NCBI GenBank assembly: GCA_965219445.1
Contig: CBDCNQ010000001.1
Coordinates: forward strand, 64,001-128,000
Length of the DNA: 64,000 nt
From: Longimicrobiales bacterium
GTDB taxonomy: Bacteria; Gemmatimonadota; Gemmatimonadetes; Longimicrobiales; Gaopeijiaceae
Direction: 5' to 3'
The position numbers were made by a program, and so were the translations under genes. The notes under the pieces are model-generated. The model saw nothing but the letters and a program-made list of their open reading frames with translations, did no database searches and was not told the DNA's origin. Shown here in pieces: positions 39,726-49,446 of the stretch (position 1 is the stretch's first letter; each line of letters begins with the position of its first letter).

Positions 39726-41365
39726 TCCGCCTCCCCGCTTTCCGGATTCCCGTGAGCCTCGCACACGTGGCCCGAGTCAAGACGGCTTTCCTGGGGCTCT
39801 TGCCTCTGCTGCTTCTGTCCGTCTGGGCCGGGGCGGACTGGAATGACGACGAGTCGGCACCTCCACCGCCGCCCGATGAGGTTGTAGAAGCCGTTCCCCC
39901 AGCAGTACCGCCACCTCCTGGTCCTGAGGTCCTCGCGCTGCGGCGGGACCTTTCGGGCCTGCTGAGTACAGAGCCATTGCGGAGAGCAGAGTGGAGTATC
40001 CTCGTCGTCTCGCTCGAGGAAGGAGACACGTTGTTCGCGCAGGACGAGGACCGATTCCTGGCGCCGGCGTCAAACATGAAGATCGCAACGACCACCGCGG
40101 CCCTCCACTTCCTTGGGCCTTTTTTTAGATACCAGACGTTTGTCTACGCGGACGGGCCCATCGAAAACGGCATCCTTGGAGGGGATTTGATCCTCTACGG
40201 AACGGGAGATCCGGGTATCTCGGAGCGCTTTTATCGAAATCGCACGGACGTGTTCGAAGCGTTCGCCGACCAGATCGCCAAGGCCGGCATCACCCGTGTC
40301 GAGGGCGCGGTCATCGGCGACGCGACGTATTTCTCGGGGCCCGAGCTAGGACCGGAGTGGGATCCGAGGGACCTGAACGAGTGGTTTGCCGCCTCAGCAT
40401 CATCACTCTCCTTCAACGAAAACATCGTCACCCTTCAGATCCTTCCCTCGGCTCGCCTGAGCTCCCCGCCCAGGATTGAAACGATCCCTTTCGGATTTCC
40501 ACTGGAGGTGAGCAATCGGGCGGAGACCGTGGTTGGCCGTCCCCGTCCCAATCTCTGGTTAGACCGCGTCGAGCCCACGGCGCGTATTCGAGTCGACGGA
40601 GAAATTCGGCAGGGAGGGCCGGATATCTGGCGCCGCCTGACCGTGCCGGATCCGGCATTCTTCGCGGCTCGGGCTCTTAGAGAGGTGCTTATCTCCGAAG
40701 GCATCGGCGTCAGCGCGCCGGAGAGAGCCGTCCATATCGAGTCGGATTCCAGGATTACGGGGCGGGCGTCGTGGGCCCCCGGACTCCGTGACGGAGATGA
40801 GCCGCAGCTCCTCGCCCAGCACACGTCCCCGGAACTGCTCGAATATCTGATGGTCGTCAACCATGAAAGCCACAACTTGTTCGCCGAGACGATCATCAAG
40901 ACCATCGGCAAAGTCGCGACTGGAGACGGATCCTTCGAAGGCGGCGCCCGTGCGGTTCAGTCGTTCGCCACGAGGGAAGCTGGGGTCGAGGCCGAGCAGA
41001 TCATCGCAGTGGACGGTTCCGGGCTGTCCAAAGGCAACCGGACGAGCGCCGGCGCCCTGGTCGGACTCTTGTTACACGTGGCCACATCAGATAATTGGGA
41101 TGCGTTCGTCTCGACTCTGCCCGAGGCCGGCCGATCCCTCCGAAGAATGTACGGGACTCGTGCGGCCCGTAACCTCCGGGCCAAGACGGGGACCATCGAT
41201 GGCGTCTCGGCCCTCACGGGAATCGTCACGACCCAGGATGGCGAGACACTACTCTTCAGTATTCTTTCGAATGAGCTCCGATCCACCGGCTCAGCCAAGC
41301 GCGTCGAGGATCGGATCGGCGCTCGTCTAGCTGAGTTCCGGCGAAGGCTTAGTCCCACGTCCTAG
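39722..41365 (+). CDS. dacB: D-alanyl-D-alanine carboxypeptidase/endopeptidase (PBP4, S13)
   Basis: PASNMK (SxxK), SHN (SxN), DGSGLS, AKTGT. Confidence 0.93.
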   Translation: MIRLPAFRIPVSLAHVARVKTAFLGLLPLLLLSVWAGADWNDDESAPPPPPDEVVEAVPPAVPPPPGPEVLALRRDLSGLLSTEPLRRAEWSILVVSLEEGDTLFAQDEDRFLAPASNMKIATTTAALHFLGPFFRYQTFVYADGPIENGILGGDLILYGTGDPGISERFYRNRTDVFEAFADQIAKAGITRVEGAVIGDATYFSGPELGPEWDPRDLNEWFAASASSLSFNENIVTLQILPSARLSSPPRIETIPFGFPLEVSNRAETVVGRPRPNLWLDRVEPTARIRVDGEIRQGGPDIWRRLTVPDPAFFAARALREVLISEGIGVSAPERAVHIESDSRITGRASWAPGLRDGDEPQLLAQHTSPELLEYLMVVNHESHNLFAETIIKTIGKVATGDGSFEGGARAVQSFATREAGVEAEQIIAVDGSGLSKGNRTSAGALVGLLLHVATSDNWDAFVSTLPEAGRSLRRMYGTRAARNLRAKTGTIDGVSALTGIVTTQDGETLLFSILSNELRSTGSAKRVEDRIGARLAEFRRRLSPTS

Positions 41366-41602
41366 GGAGGCTCTCCCTAGCGCCGACCGAAGTCGCCTCC
41401 GAAGCTCCACGCCCGACATCGTGGCCAACGTCCTCTCGGCTGTGCCCTTACTGTTCCACCTCACGTCGAGAAGATCAAAGCCCTCGTCTTCGGCGTCTTC
41501 TGGGTGGAAAAAGAGATGGTGACGCCCCTTGAAATCGAGGCCCGCCTCCGAGTGCGCCGTGGCCACCCAGACACCGCCATCCGAATCCAGAAATCTTCTC
41601 AT
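41327..41602 (-). CDS. Hypothetical protein (91 aa)
   Basis: MRRFLDSDGGVW...ELRRRLRSALGR; converges on and overlaps the dacB end. Confidence 0.6.
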   Translation of the reverse strand: MRRFLDSDGGVWVATAHSEAGLDFKGRHHLFFHPEDAEDEGFDLLDVRWNSKGTAERTLATMSGVELRRRLRSALGRASLGRGTKPSPELS

Positions 41603-41679
41603 TTGCGGCTCATTTCGCGTTTATTACCCGGATATCAACATCGTGGATGGGCTGAGTAGGCTTTGGGGTCACCCAAAGT

Positions 41680-41805
41680 TAGTGTAGTGTCCCAGAAGTG
41701 TCTGGGCCATTGATCTCGCTGTGCTCGATCGTCTCGCGGTTAACTCGGCACCCACGATGAGCATGAAGGTGCTCGGCTCGAGCGAACTTCTGGGACACCA
41801 CACTA
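41680..41805. mobile_element. 126-bp MITE (family B) with 20-bp TIRs bounded by TA; IS630-like
   Basis: tagtgtagtgtcccagaagt (41680-41699) matches the reverse complement of 41786-41805 at 19 of 20 positions. Confidence 0.75.
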
Positions 41806-42213
41806 GGTCTACCGAATCGGTAATACAGCTGGCGTAGAGCCGCTTGGCAATCCCGAGAGCGAGGAGCACTTGGTGCCCCAACCCCCAAACACCAGCCCTG
41901 TTCGCACGAGGGGGCTGGAGACGCGAGCCGCCGACCCAAAGCCGCCACACCTACGGACTGACTTGGCGCTCCTCGGAATGAGTTTGATCTGGGGTGTCAA
42001 TTTTTCAGTGATCAAGATCGCTCTCAGGGAGTTTGAACCACTGGCCTTCAACGCCCTACGTTTCGTGCTGGCGTCGTTGACCCTCTTCCTTTTCTTGAGA
42101 GTGAGCGGCTCCGTTCCGTTTCCCGCACGACGACACTGGGCCCTCTCTGCCAACTTACGTGAGACACGGAGCAGCTAAGGAATTAGAGTAGGGCGAAGGC
42201 AGAGAAACCGAGG

Positions 42214-42663
42214 ATGCTGAGACACCGAGAGAGAATGAAAGAGAATGGAATAGCCCCACCAACCTGGGACGGTAAGCGAAGCGCGGCAGCTCCTGCGGAC
42301 TCGGAGGTGGTAGATAGGCCGCTGCGCCGGCGGTTCGCTCCGTCGTACAAGCTGCGGATCGTCGAAGAAGCGGACCGGTGCACGGAGCCCGGAGAGGTTG
42401 GCCGACTCCTACGGCGGGAGGGCTTGTACTCGTCGCACCTGACGACATGGCGCAAGGCGGCGCATAGCGGGTCCCTGAAAGCGCTGTCGAAGAAACGAGG
42501 CCGTAAGCGCGAGCGCAATCCGCTGGAGGAGAAGGTGCGCAAGCTGGAGCGCGAGAACACTCGCCTCGAGAAGGAGCTCCAGAAGGCGCACTTGATCATC
42601 GACGTCCAGGGAAAAGTTGCAGGGCTGCTGGGATTGAGCCTCGAGGACGGGACGAACTCATGA
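42214..42663 (+). CDS. IS3-family OrfA
   Basis: RRRFAPSYKLRIV, HTH LLRREGLYSSHLTTWRK, leucine-zipper-like region. Confidence 0.92.
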   Translation: MLRHRERMKENGIAPPTWDGKRSAAAPADSEVVDRPLRRRFAPSYKLRIVEEADRCTEPGEVGRLLRREGLYSSHLTTWRKAAHSGSLKALSKKRGRKRERNPLEEKVRKLERENTRLEKELQKAHLIIDVQGKVAGLLGLSLEDGTNS

Positions 42664-43667
42664 AGGCGACCCAGGAGCTAGCCAAGCACGTAGGGGTGAA
42701 GCCCGCGTGCGATGCGCTCAGGGTGCCGCGAGCCACGTTCTACCGTCGTCGGAGTGCATCGACCGGGCATCAGCAGCCCCGCCCGACCCCCGCCCGGGCC
42801 TTAAGTGAGAGGGAGCGGGACAAGATTTTCGACACCCTGTGTTCGGAGCGGTTCGTGGACCGGTCCCCAGCCGAGGTGGTGGCGACGCTGCTCGACGAGG
42901 ACGTCTACCTGTGCAGCGAGCGTACGATGTATCGCGTTCTGGCTTCCCAGGTGCCGGTTCAGGAGCGTCGAGCGCAGCGGAGTCATCCCAAATACCAGAA
43001 GCCCGAGTTGATGGCGAGGGGCCCGAACCAGGTCTGGTCCTGGGATATCACCCGGCTGCTGGGGCCGAAGAAGTGGAGTTACTTCTACCTCTACGTGATC
43101 CTGGACATCTTCAGCCGCTACGTCGTGGGATGGATGGTGGCGGATCGGGAGAACTCTGCCCTGGCCAGCCGGCTGATCCAGCAGAGTTGCTTGAAGCATG
43201 GCGTCCAGCCCCACCTCCTGACCCTGCATTCCGATCGAGGGGCTCCGATGACGAGCCAATGCACGGCTCAACTACTCGCCGATCTCGGCGTGACCCGCTC
43301 GTTGGGCCGACCCCAGGTCTCGGATGACAATCCGTTCTCCGAGGCTCAGTTCAAGACCTTGAAGTACCATCCCTCGTTTCCCGGCCGGTTCGGGGATCAG
43401 GGGCAAGCCAAGACCTTCTGTCGCTCGTTCTTCCGTTGGTATAATGCCGAGCACCGCCATGGCGGCATCTCGATGCTGACCCCCGAACAGGTCCACTTCG
43501 GTCACGCCGATCGGATCATCGCCTGCAGGAAGGCCGTGCTCCGTGAGGCATGGGCCGCTCATCCCGAGCGCTTCGTCTCCGGTGAGCCGAAGCCTAAACC
43601 ACTCCCGGAGGCCGTCTGGATCAATCCTCCCACCCCATCCCTCACGACACAGGAGATTGCTCTCTAA
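42660..43667 (+). CDS. IS3-family OrfB DDE transposase
   Basis: PNQVWSWDIT, LDIFSRYVVGW, HSDRG, DNPFSEAQFKTLK. Confidence 0.95.
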   Translation: MKATQELAKHVGVKPACDALRVPRATFYRRRSASTGHQQPRPTPARALSERERDKIFDTLCSERFVDRSPAEVVATLLDEDVYLCSERTMYRVLASQVPVQERRAQRSHPKYQKPELMARGPNQVWSWDITRLLGPKKWSYFYLYVILDIFSRYVVGWMVADRENSALASRLIQQSCLKHGVQPHLLTLHSDRGAPMTSQCTAQLLADLGVTRSLGRPQVSDDNPFSEAQFKTLKYHPSFPGRFGDQGQAKTFCRSFFRWYNAEHRHGGISMLTPEQVHFGHADRIIACRKAVLREAWAAHPERFVSGEPKPKPLPEAVWINPPTPSLTTQEIAL

Positions 43668-44440
43668 TTGATTTCCAAGAGTGTCTCACTGGCGTTGACA
43701 GGTTCCGGGCCCGAGTCGCTTTCTTGGGTTTGCTCGCGAACGTCTTCTACCAACTTCTATTCATTTACGGCGTCGACCGGACCCTCGCCGGTAACGCTGG
43801 ACTGGTGCTCGCCACGACGCCGGTGTGGACGTTGATTCTCGCGTCCATATCGGGCTCAGAGCACCACGGCCTTCCGGTCTGGGGTGGAGTACTGGCCACA
43901 CTGGGGGGGATGGTGCTGGTGGTTCTCGGCGGGGACGGCGGGGTGGGGTTGGGTGAGGGCCTGTTGATGGGTGATCTACTGCTCGTGCTGGCCGCCATCA
44001 CATGGGCCGCCTACACGGTCGGGACACAGGATCTCACTCGAGAGTACGGAGCCCTGGCCGTAACCTCGTGGACACTTTGGGTCGGCACGATCGGCCTGAT
44101 CGCACTTGGAGGCACCTCCCTCTGGTCGACGGAGTGGGGTGTTATCTCGCGGGTCGGCTGGTTGGGCGTCGTCTATTCGGGGGTTCTGGCGATCGCGGTC
44201 GCCTATCTAACCTGGAACCACGGCCTCGAGCACATCGGTGGACCGCGAACCGCCGCGTTCTCGAACCTGGTCCCGGTCTTTGCACTGATCGCCGCCGCCC
44301 TCTGGCTCGGCGAGGATCCCCGACCCACACAGATCGTGGGGGCGATCATCATCATCGCCGGCGTGTGGGTGGCCCGCGTGGCCGGGGGGAAGGACGTGGA
44401 GCCGAGCTACTGAAGGGGCGTGTCGAAGAAGTGGGGAGCC

Positions 44441-45289
44441 CTAACCCGTGGAACCTGATTCGAGCCTGGGGTGATGACGGAGCTCCGGAAATTCGTATAC
44501 AATGATCCCCTCATTCGTGACCTCCGACCGGACGCGCAGACCATCGTCCATGTCGTCCAACACACCCTCGGCAGCGGAGAGCGACAGGTTCAGCGAGGCG
44601 GCGACCTCCGTCACGGTCAACGTTCCAGCCTTCTCGGTGGCGAGAAGGAGCACCCGCCGTTGAAGCTGGGTCATGAGCGCATGCCGCCTGTTCTCACGCG
44701 CCTTGAGCCCCCACCAAACCGTTGCCGTTCCCGCGGCGCCCATCAGACTCCCGACTGCGATTGGCTCAAAAGCGAACTCGATCACCCCGATCGAGATCAG
44801 GAAGGCCGCCAGAAGGACCATTCCCACACCCAGTGCCCGGCGCCCCACTCCCCGTCTCGGGAGGCTTTCCTCGGCTCTGACAGCGGTGCCGGGGCTGAGC
44901 GCATCTGTTCCGACTGTCTCGGCAAAGGCTGGGTGGCCGGCAAACCCCGGCCCCGGGATCCGGGCGTTCTCCCACCCCAAGCCACACTGCGCACAGATTC
45001 GACGGTTACGTCGAGCGAAATAATACGCCAAGCCGCCGAGCCCATAGGTGAATACTGAGAGTCCGATGAGGAGACCCATGTGACCGGGCCGCTGAAAGTA
45101 CCTTACACCGGTCCCTACGTGGCCGCATCGCGGGCAACTTCGGACGTCGACGCTCATTGGCCTCATGACCGGCTGTGAGGAAGCCACCGGCTCCGCGGAA
45201 GCCACCGGGTGTGAGGAAGCCACCGCCCCACACGTGGGACAGGTGCTTTCGTGCTCCTTCAAATACTCACCGCAGGTGGTGCAGCGCAT
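44441..45289 (-). CDS. Membrane protein with zinc-ribbon motifs and C-terminal winged-helix-like segment
   Basis: CTTC/CPTC/CPRC/CAQC, hydrophobic segments, GTLTVTEVAASLNLS...EGIIVYEFPEL. Confidence 0.7.
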   Translation of the reverse strand: MRCTTCGEYLKEHESTCPTCGAVASSHPVASAEPVASSQPVMRPMSVDVRSCPRCGHVGTGVRYFQRPGHMGLLIGLSVFTYGLGGLAYYFARRNRRICAQCGLGWENARIPGPGFAGHPAFAETVGTDALSPGTAVRAEESLPRRGVGRRALGVGMVLLAAFLISIGVIEFAFEPIAVGSLMGAAGTATVWWGLKARENRRHALMTQLQRRVLLLATEKAGTLTVTEVAASLNLSLSAAEGVLDDMDDGLRVRSEVTNEGIIVYEFPELRHHPRLESGSTG

Positions 45290-45396
45290 TGGCCCTCGAC
45301 GAATGAGTCTTCCCCGGAGGTAGACACTCCATACTACGCGTTCGTTCCGGAGAAGATTCACCTCTCCACGCCGCCCAGAACCCGTGCGTACCCACG

Positions 45397-47583
45397 TTAG
45401 AACAACCGGACCAACATCAATCGCAACGCACTATTACTGGACGCCGGGCCTCCGTTGAGGCCGGACGGACTGACCGCCACACCACCCTCCCCCGTCCCGA
45501 TCAGGAAATACGCTCCGGAGGCAGACCAAAGGCGCCCTTGGTCCGAGAAATCACCCGAATCATGCACCGTGGGTGTCGATGGGAACCCACCTCCACCCAG
45601 CTCGAGAGCCTCTATCAGGTCGAATCCAAGGAAGAGGAGCTCGTTACGGAGCGGCAAGGGCCCTCGCAGTGAGACCTGCCGCTCCAACTCGAGCGCGGCG
45701 CTCCAATCGGAAAACAGATCCGCCCACTCACGGCCCGTAACTGACTCGACATTGACCGTTCCGGTCTCGGTAGCACCGGTCAGCAGACGCAGCACGGTGT
45801 CGTTCCCGGCCTGGCCCCTTAGATATTCGAGGAAGAGCCAAGCGGCCCCACGTTCCGCCAGGCTACCCTGCCCCACGGCGATAAGGAGACTTACGTCCGA
45901 CGGCTCACTGAGAAACAAACTGGCTCGGTTTCGGTTTCCTCTCTGGTATTCGTCCGCCTCAGCCACCCTCCCACGCCCTCGAAGCTCCTCTCCCACAAGG
46001 TCCTCAGCCATGTGGGCCAGTCCCTCCGAGAGCCAAACGGCCTCCCTGGTCGAAGCCTCCCGCTCGATGATCCTCTCGTTATGATGGATCATGTGCTGAA
46101 ATTCATGAGCAAGAACGGGAGGCACCGTGCTTCGCACTTGATCGACATCCCGTACGTTCCCGTATACGCCGGTTGGATCGGGGACGAGAACGTAGAAGAC
46201 CTCTCCGGCATTGCTGTGCTCAAACTCCGGCTGGAGATCCAGGCCGAAGAAGAACCCTCCGATGAAATCGTTCGAACCTGGCGGGGACAACCGATTCACG
46301 CTCGGTGTGAAGACGATGATGACACGATCGTTCCCATCCAAATCCGACGGAAATCCAAAGGCCCCTGTGTCTACCGGGTAGATGGGATCGTCGAAGAGGT
46401 CGGCGAAGAGTTCGACATCCGCCTGGGCGAGATTGGTCACCACCGTGGTGTCCTCATAAAGGATGGCTCTCTCGGAAACGACGCGCACCCTGGCGGTGAC
46501 CTGGTCGAATCCGCCATCGGCTCGTACAACCTCGAACTCTCTGATGTCGCCAATGCCTGGGACCTCTCCGGGAGGGGTTCGAGCCGCCCTCCTTCCCGTG
46601 GGACCGGCGCCACGGAGAACGTCCTCCCTTTCCCGTAGAAAAAGGTCCCATTCCGACTGCGCCGCGTTAAGCGACACCGGATGCTCAGCAGTACGCCCCG
46701 GAGGAGCACGATCCGACCTAAACGCAACCGGAGCGGTAACTTCGGGCCGAAGCCCGGTGAGCGTGTAGGCGAACCGAGCCGCCCCGATGGTAGCCGCGGA
46801 CTGGACCACGGCCAGATACTCCTGTGGGTCGCCCGAGCCCACCTTCAAGCAGGTCGGCGTGTCCTGCACCAAGAGCACAGTGTCGGCCCCGAGTGCCAGG
46901 TTCAGGGCGTCAGCCGACGCTGTGACGCTCAGGGGGAGAGACGAGCTGGCTTCTCCACCAAGCTGCACGGACACGTCCACCGGACGGGTGGGGAGGCAAG
47001 GAGGCACGATGACGTTGAGCCGTACGATGTCTGCAGTGACCACCTGGCCAGCAATCCCTGAGAAGAGAACGACGTTGTGATCGGCAATCGTACTGAAGTT
47101 CGTGCCAGTGAGTGTGATAAAGTCACCAGCGTTCACGGCACTGGAAGAAAGCGCCCCCAGGGTGGGGGGGAGCACCGCCCAGGCCTCGAAGTCCACAGAT
47201 TCCTCGGGGCGCGATCGAAGGAAGGCCCGGATGACATACCTCCCCAGCTCGCTCCCGAGCCGAAGTCGCACCCGGGGCAACCCGGCAGAGTCGCTAGCGC
47301 TCGTCAGAGGCGTGAGCTGCGCACTCGCGGGCCCCGCGGCGATCTCCCAGTCTACCAAAACCCCGCCGGCCGAAAGGTCTCCGTCCTCGGTTCGGACGGC
47401 CACGGTCAGCGAGTCGATCAGAAACTGTGAGGGCGGGCCGAACTGACCATCCCCTGTCACCACTGTCAGCGTGACATCCTGCGTGGCCAGGTCCGCAGGT
47501 CCGAACCTGAGGCAGGTCGTCTGAGTAAGGGCAACGTAAACGGCGAGCCCTGAGAGGACTCGCCGCCGGAGCCGCGAGGTCAC
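45397..47583 (-). CDS. Secreted Ig/IPT-domain zinc metallopeptidase (M30-like)
   Basis: VVTGDGQ Ig-like start, ITLTGTNFS IPT motif, AHEFQHMIH, WLSEGLAH. Confidence 0.78.
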   Translation of the reverse strand: MTSRLRRRVLSGLAVYVALTQTTCLRFGPADLATQDVTLTVVTGDGQFGPPSQFLIDSLTVAVRTEDGDLSAGGVLVDWEIAAGPASAQLTPLTSASDSAGLPRVRLRLGSELGRYVIRAFLRSRPEESVDFEAWAVLPPTLGALSSSAVNAGDFITLTGTNFSTIADHNVVLFSGIAGQVVTADIVRLNVIVPPCLPTRPVDVSVQLGGEASSSLPLSVTASADALNLALGADTVLLVQDTPTCLKVGSGDPQEYLAVVQSAATIGAARFAYTLTGLRPEVTAPVAFRSDRAPPGRTAEHPVSLNAAQSEWDLFLREREDVLRGAGPTGRRAARTPPGEVPGIGDIREFEVVRADGGFDQVTARVRVVSERAILYEDTTVVTNLAQADVELFADLFDDPIYPVDTGAFGFPSDLDGNDRVIIVFTPSVNRLSPPGSNDFIGGFFFGLDLQPEFEHSNAGEVFYVLVPDPTGVYGNVRDVDQVRSTVPPVLAHEFQHMIHHNERIIEREASTREAVWLSEGLAHMAEDLVGEELRGRGRVAEADEYQRGNRNRASLFLSEPSDVSLLIAVGQGSLAERGAAWLFLEYLRGQAGNDTVLRLLTGATETGTVNVESVTGREWADLFSDWSAALELERQVSLRGPLPLRNELLFLGFDLIEALELGGGGFPSTPTVHDSGDFSDQGRLWSASGAYFLIGTGEGGVAVSPSGLNGGPASSNSALRLMLVRLF

Positions 47584-48602
47584 TCGGGGATTCTATCGAG
47601 GGATAGCAATTCAAGAATCGGACTGCCCGTCAGCCGCGCGGACCCGGTCCGTACACGCCCGACGACCCGAATTCGCTCCAACGGGCTCAGGCCCTGAGCC
47701 TCCCCAAGCCGCTCCGGGGGCACGGCTACATAGACGAATCCCTGGTCGCCGTCCCCCATTCTGGTCAGAAGAAACGGCTCAGTTACGAAAAAGTCCGTCC
47801 GGATCTCCTCAGCCCGTTCCAGTGAAATGAACTGGAGGTCCCACTGGAGTACCTCGCCACGGAAATCGTCCGGTGCGGCCGCCACGCTTTCGAGCGTCAC
47901 ATCGGTGCGGATGGACGCCTCGACCCCCCCGTCTGAGCCCTGCGGGAGCCATATCCACCCCTCCAAGCGAACCCGGGCCCAGTTCCCTTCTCTCGCCAGG
48001 ACTCGGAGGTTCGTGCTCGAACCCGAAACAGCCAGTGTGTCTCCGTCAGGTGCGCTGAGAATCGGAGAATCACCCGACCCGCCCAAAGCCCATTCCTCGC
48101 CATCCACCACGGTGGAAGGCACGGTAAGGCGGGACCGTTCCACGGCACCACCAGATGGATCTGAGCTGAACAAAACCACTGATCCTCGCCACACCCAAAC
48201 CCGTCGACGAACGTGAACCCAGTCGGGGACGCGCTCGAGGCTTTCGAGAAGAGCTCCCTGCTCGAGGCGACCCAGGATCTCTCCACCGGGCGTACCACGG
48301 ATGTTCTCGCCACCGTCAACCGAAACGACCAGGTCGAAGCTCCCTCGGTCGACCGCCTGAAGCGATCGAGCCCAGACCCATCCCTCGAGATCGAACCGGA
48401 GCCAATCATCCGTCGCCTCGAGCACTTCCAGACTCATACCGGCCCGAAGCTGCCCCAGTAGTCTCCCATTCTGCTCCGCGCGGAAGTTTTCCTCTGTGGT
48501 CAACGTCGCGGACTGGCCCGCGGCGTACTCGGCGATCGCCAGTAGGGGCCAGAGAATGTAAAGGACCAAAGGAATCCGCAGATGCCGCGCACAGGCAATC
48601 AT
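47580..48602 (-). CDS. Secreted protein with repeated bacterial SH3-like modules
   Basis: Three units ENFRAEQNG..LEGWVW, ENIRGTPGG..WVW, SAPDG..LEGWIW; start uncertain. Confidence 0.7.
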   Translation of the reverse strand: MIACARHLRIPLVLYILWPLLAIAEYAAGQSATLTTEENFRAEQNGRLLGQLRAGMSLEVLEATDDWLRFDLEGWVWARSLQAVDRGSFDLVVSVDGGENIRGTPGGEILGRLEQGALLESLERVPDWVHVRRRVWVWRGSVVLFSSDPSGGAVERSRLTVPSTVVDGEEWALGGSGDSPILSAPDGDTLAVSGSSTNLRVLAREGNWARVRLEGWIWLPQGSDGGVEASIRTDVTLESVAAAPDDFRGEVLQWDLQFISLERAEEIRTDFFVTEPFLLTRMGDGDQGFVYVAVPPERLGEAQGLSPLERIRVVGRVRTGSARLTGSPILELLSLDRIPE

Positions 48603-48739
48603 TTGACTGAAACGATCCTCGCCAGACGGTGTTGAAAGGACGACCTTGGCGGCCTTTAGGGTACGCAGCCACTCGCTGACGAATGTGTTCAGGCAAGTGC
48701 TGGTCGTCAATTCCCACAACCGGATTGTTCAGGCGCTCC

Positions 48740-49441
48740 ATGCCCTACCCGAAACTCGTTGCCCCATCGATTTTGCTTCTCATCGCGGTATCCCACACCA
48801 CCGCCGCCGGTCAGACCATCCCCTCCCCCTACACGTTTGTCGAACACGGACAAGCGTATGCGATATTTGGAGGCAAGAGCGACCTCAATCCCGGCCAACT
48901 CGGGCTAGGTCCACGGGACGCCACCACGTTCGGTGTGCGCTTCGCCGTGGCTTTCGGCGGCGCGTTGAATCTCGATGCCGATGCAATGTCGTTCATGTCG
49001 ACCCGGGAGGTCCTCGACGTGTCGCGACCGGAGGATGACCGCTCCATCGGCAGGACCGACTTCAATGTGTTCCTCATCAACCTTGGGCTCCGCCTCAACC
49101 TGACGGGTCAGCGAGCGTGGCATGGGCTCCAGCCCTTCGTCCTGTTCGGCGGAGGGCTGGGCTTCACCGTAGGCGCTTTCCATGATCTGGAACTCACCAC
49201 CGACATGCCCACGGACGAGTGGTACGAGTTCGGCAACCGTTTCACCGGCACGTTTGGCGCAGGGACGAGTTTCCACATTTCCGATAAGATCTCTCTCCGT
49301 CTGGACGGTGTGATGAACCTGTGGAAGATCGAAACACCAGTGGGCTGGCTCACGGTGGACAACAACCCTCTCAGTGAAAACCCCGAGAGCGAGTGGGTTT
49401 CCGCAAAAACAATCAGGCTCGGGGCCGCCTGGCGACGTTGA
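48740..49441 (+). CDS. Outer-membrane beta-barrel protein
   Basis: Signal peptide, alternating strands (PFVLFGGGLG), terminal IRLGAAW. Confidence 0.7.
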   Translation: MPYPKLVAPSILLLIAVSHTTAAGQTIPSPYTFVEHGQAYAIFGGKSDLNPGQLGLGPRDATTFGVRFAVAFGGALNLDADAMSFMSTREVLDVSRPEDDRSIGRTDFNVFLINLGLRLNLTGQRAWHGLQPFVLFGGGLGFTVGAFHDLELTTDMPTDEWYEFGNRFTGTFGAGTSFHISDKISLRLDGVMNLWKIETPVGWLTVDNNPLSENPESEWVSAKTIRLGAAWRR

Positions 49442-49446
49442 GACGA

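Larger units (their letters stand above)
42141..43707 (+). mobile_element. IS3-family insertion sequence, copy 1
   Basis: Imperfect IRs TGCCAACTTACGTGAGACAC (from 42148) and GTGTCTCACTGGCGTTGACA (to 43700); outer CCCTCTC and GGTTCCG shared with copy 2. Confidence 0.95.
41870..44413 (+). pseudogene. DMT/EamA transporter split by an IS3-family element
   Basis: N-part LIWGVNFSVIK..NALRF..PARRHW (41870-42140); C-part ARVAFLGLLANVFYQ... from about 43708; rejoining restores the frame. Confidence 0.9.

Noticed and set aside
44412..44435. ggcgtgtcgaagaagt as another family A end
   Set aside because: Match too short and divergent to support
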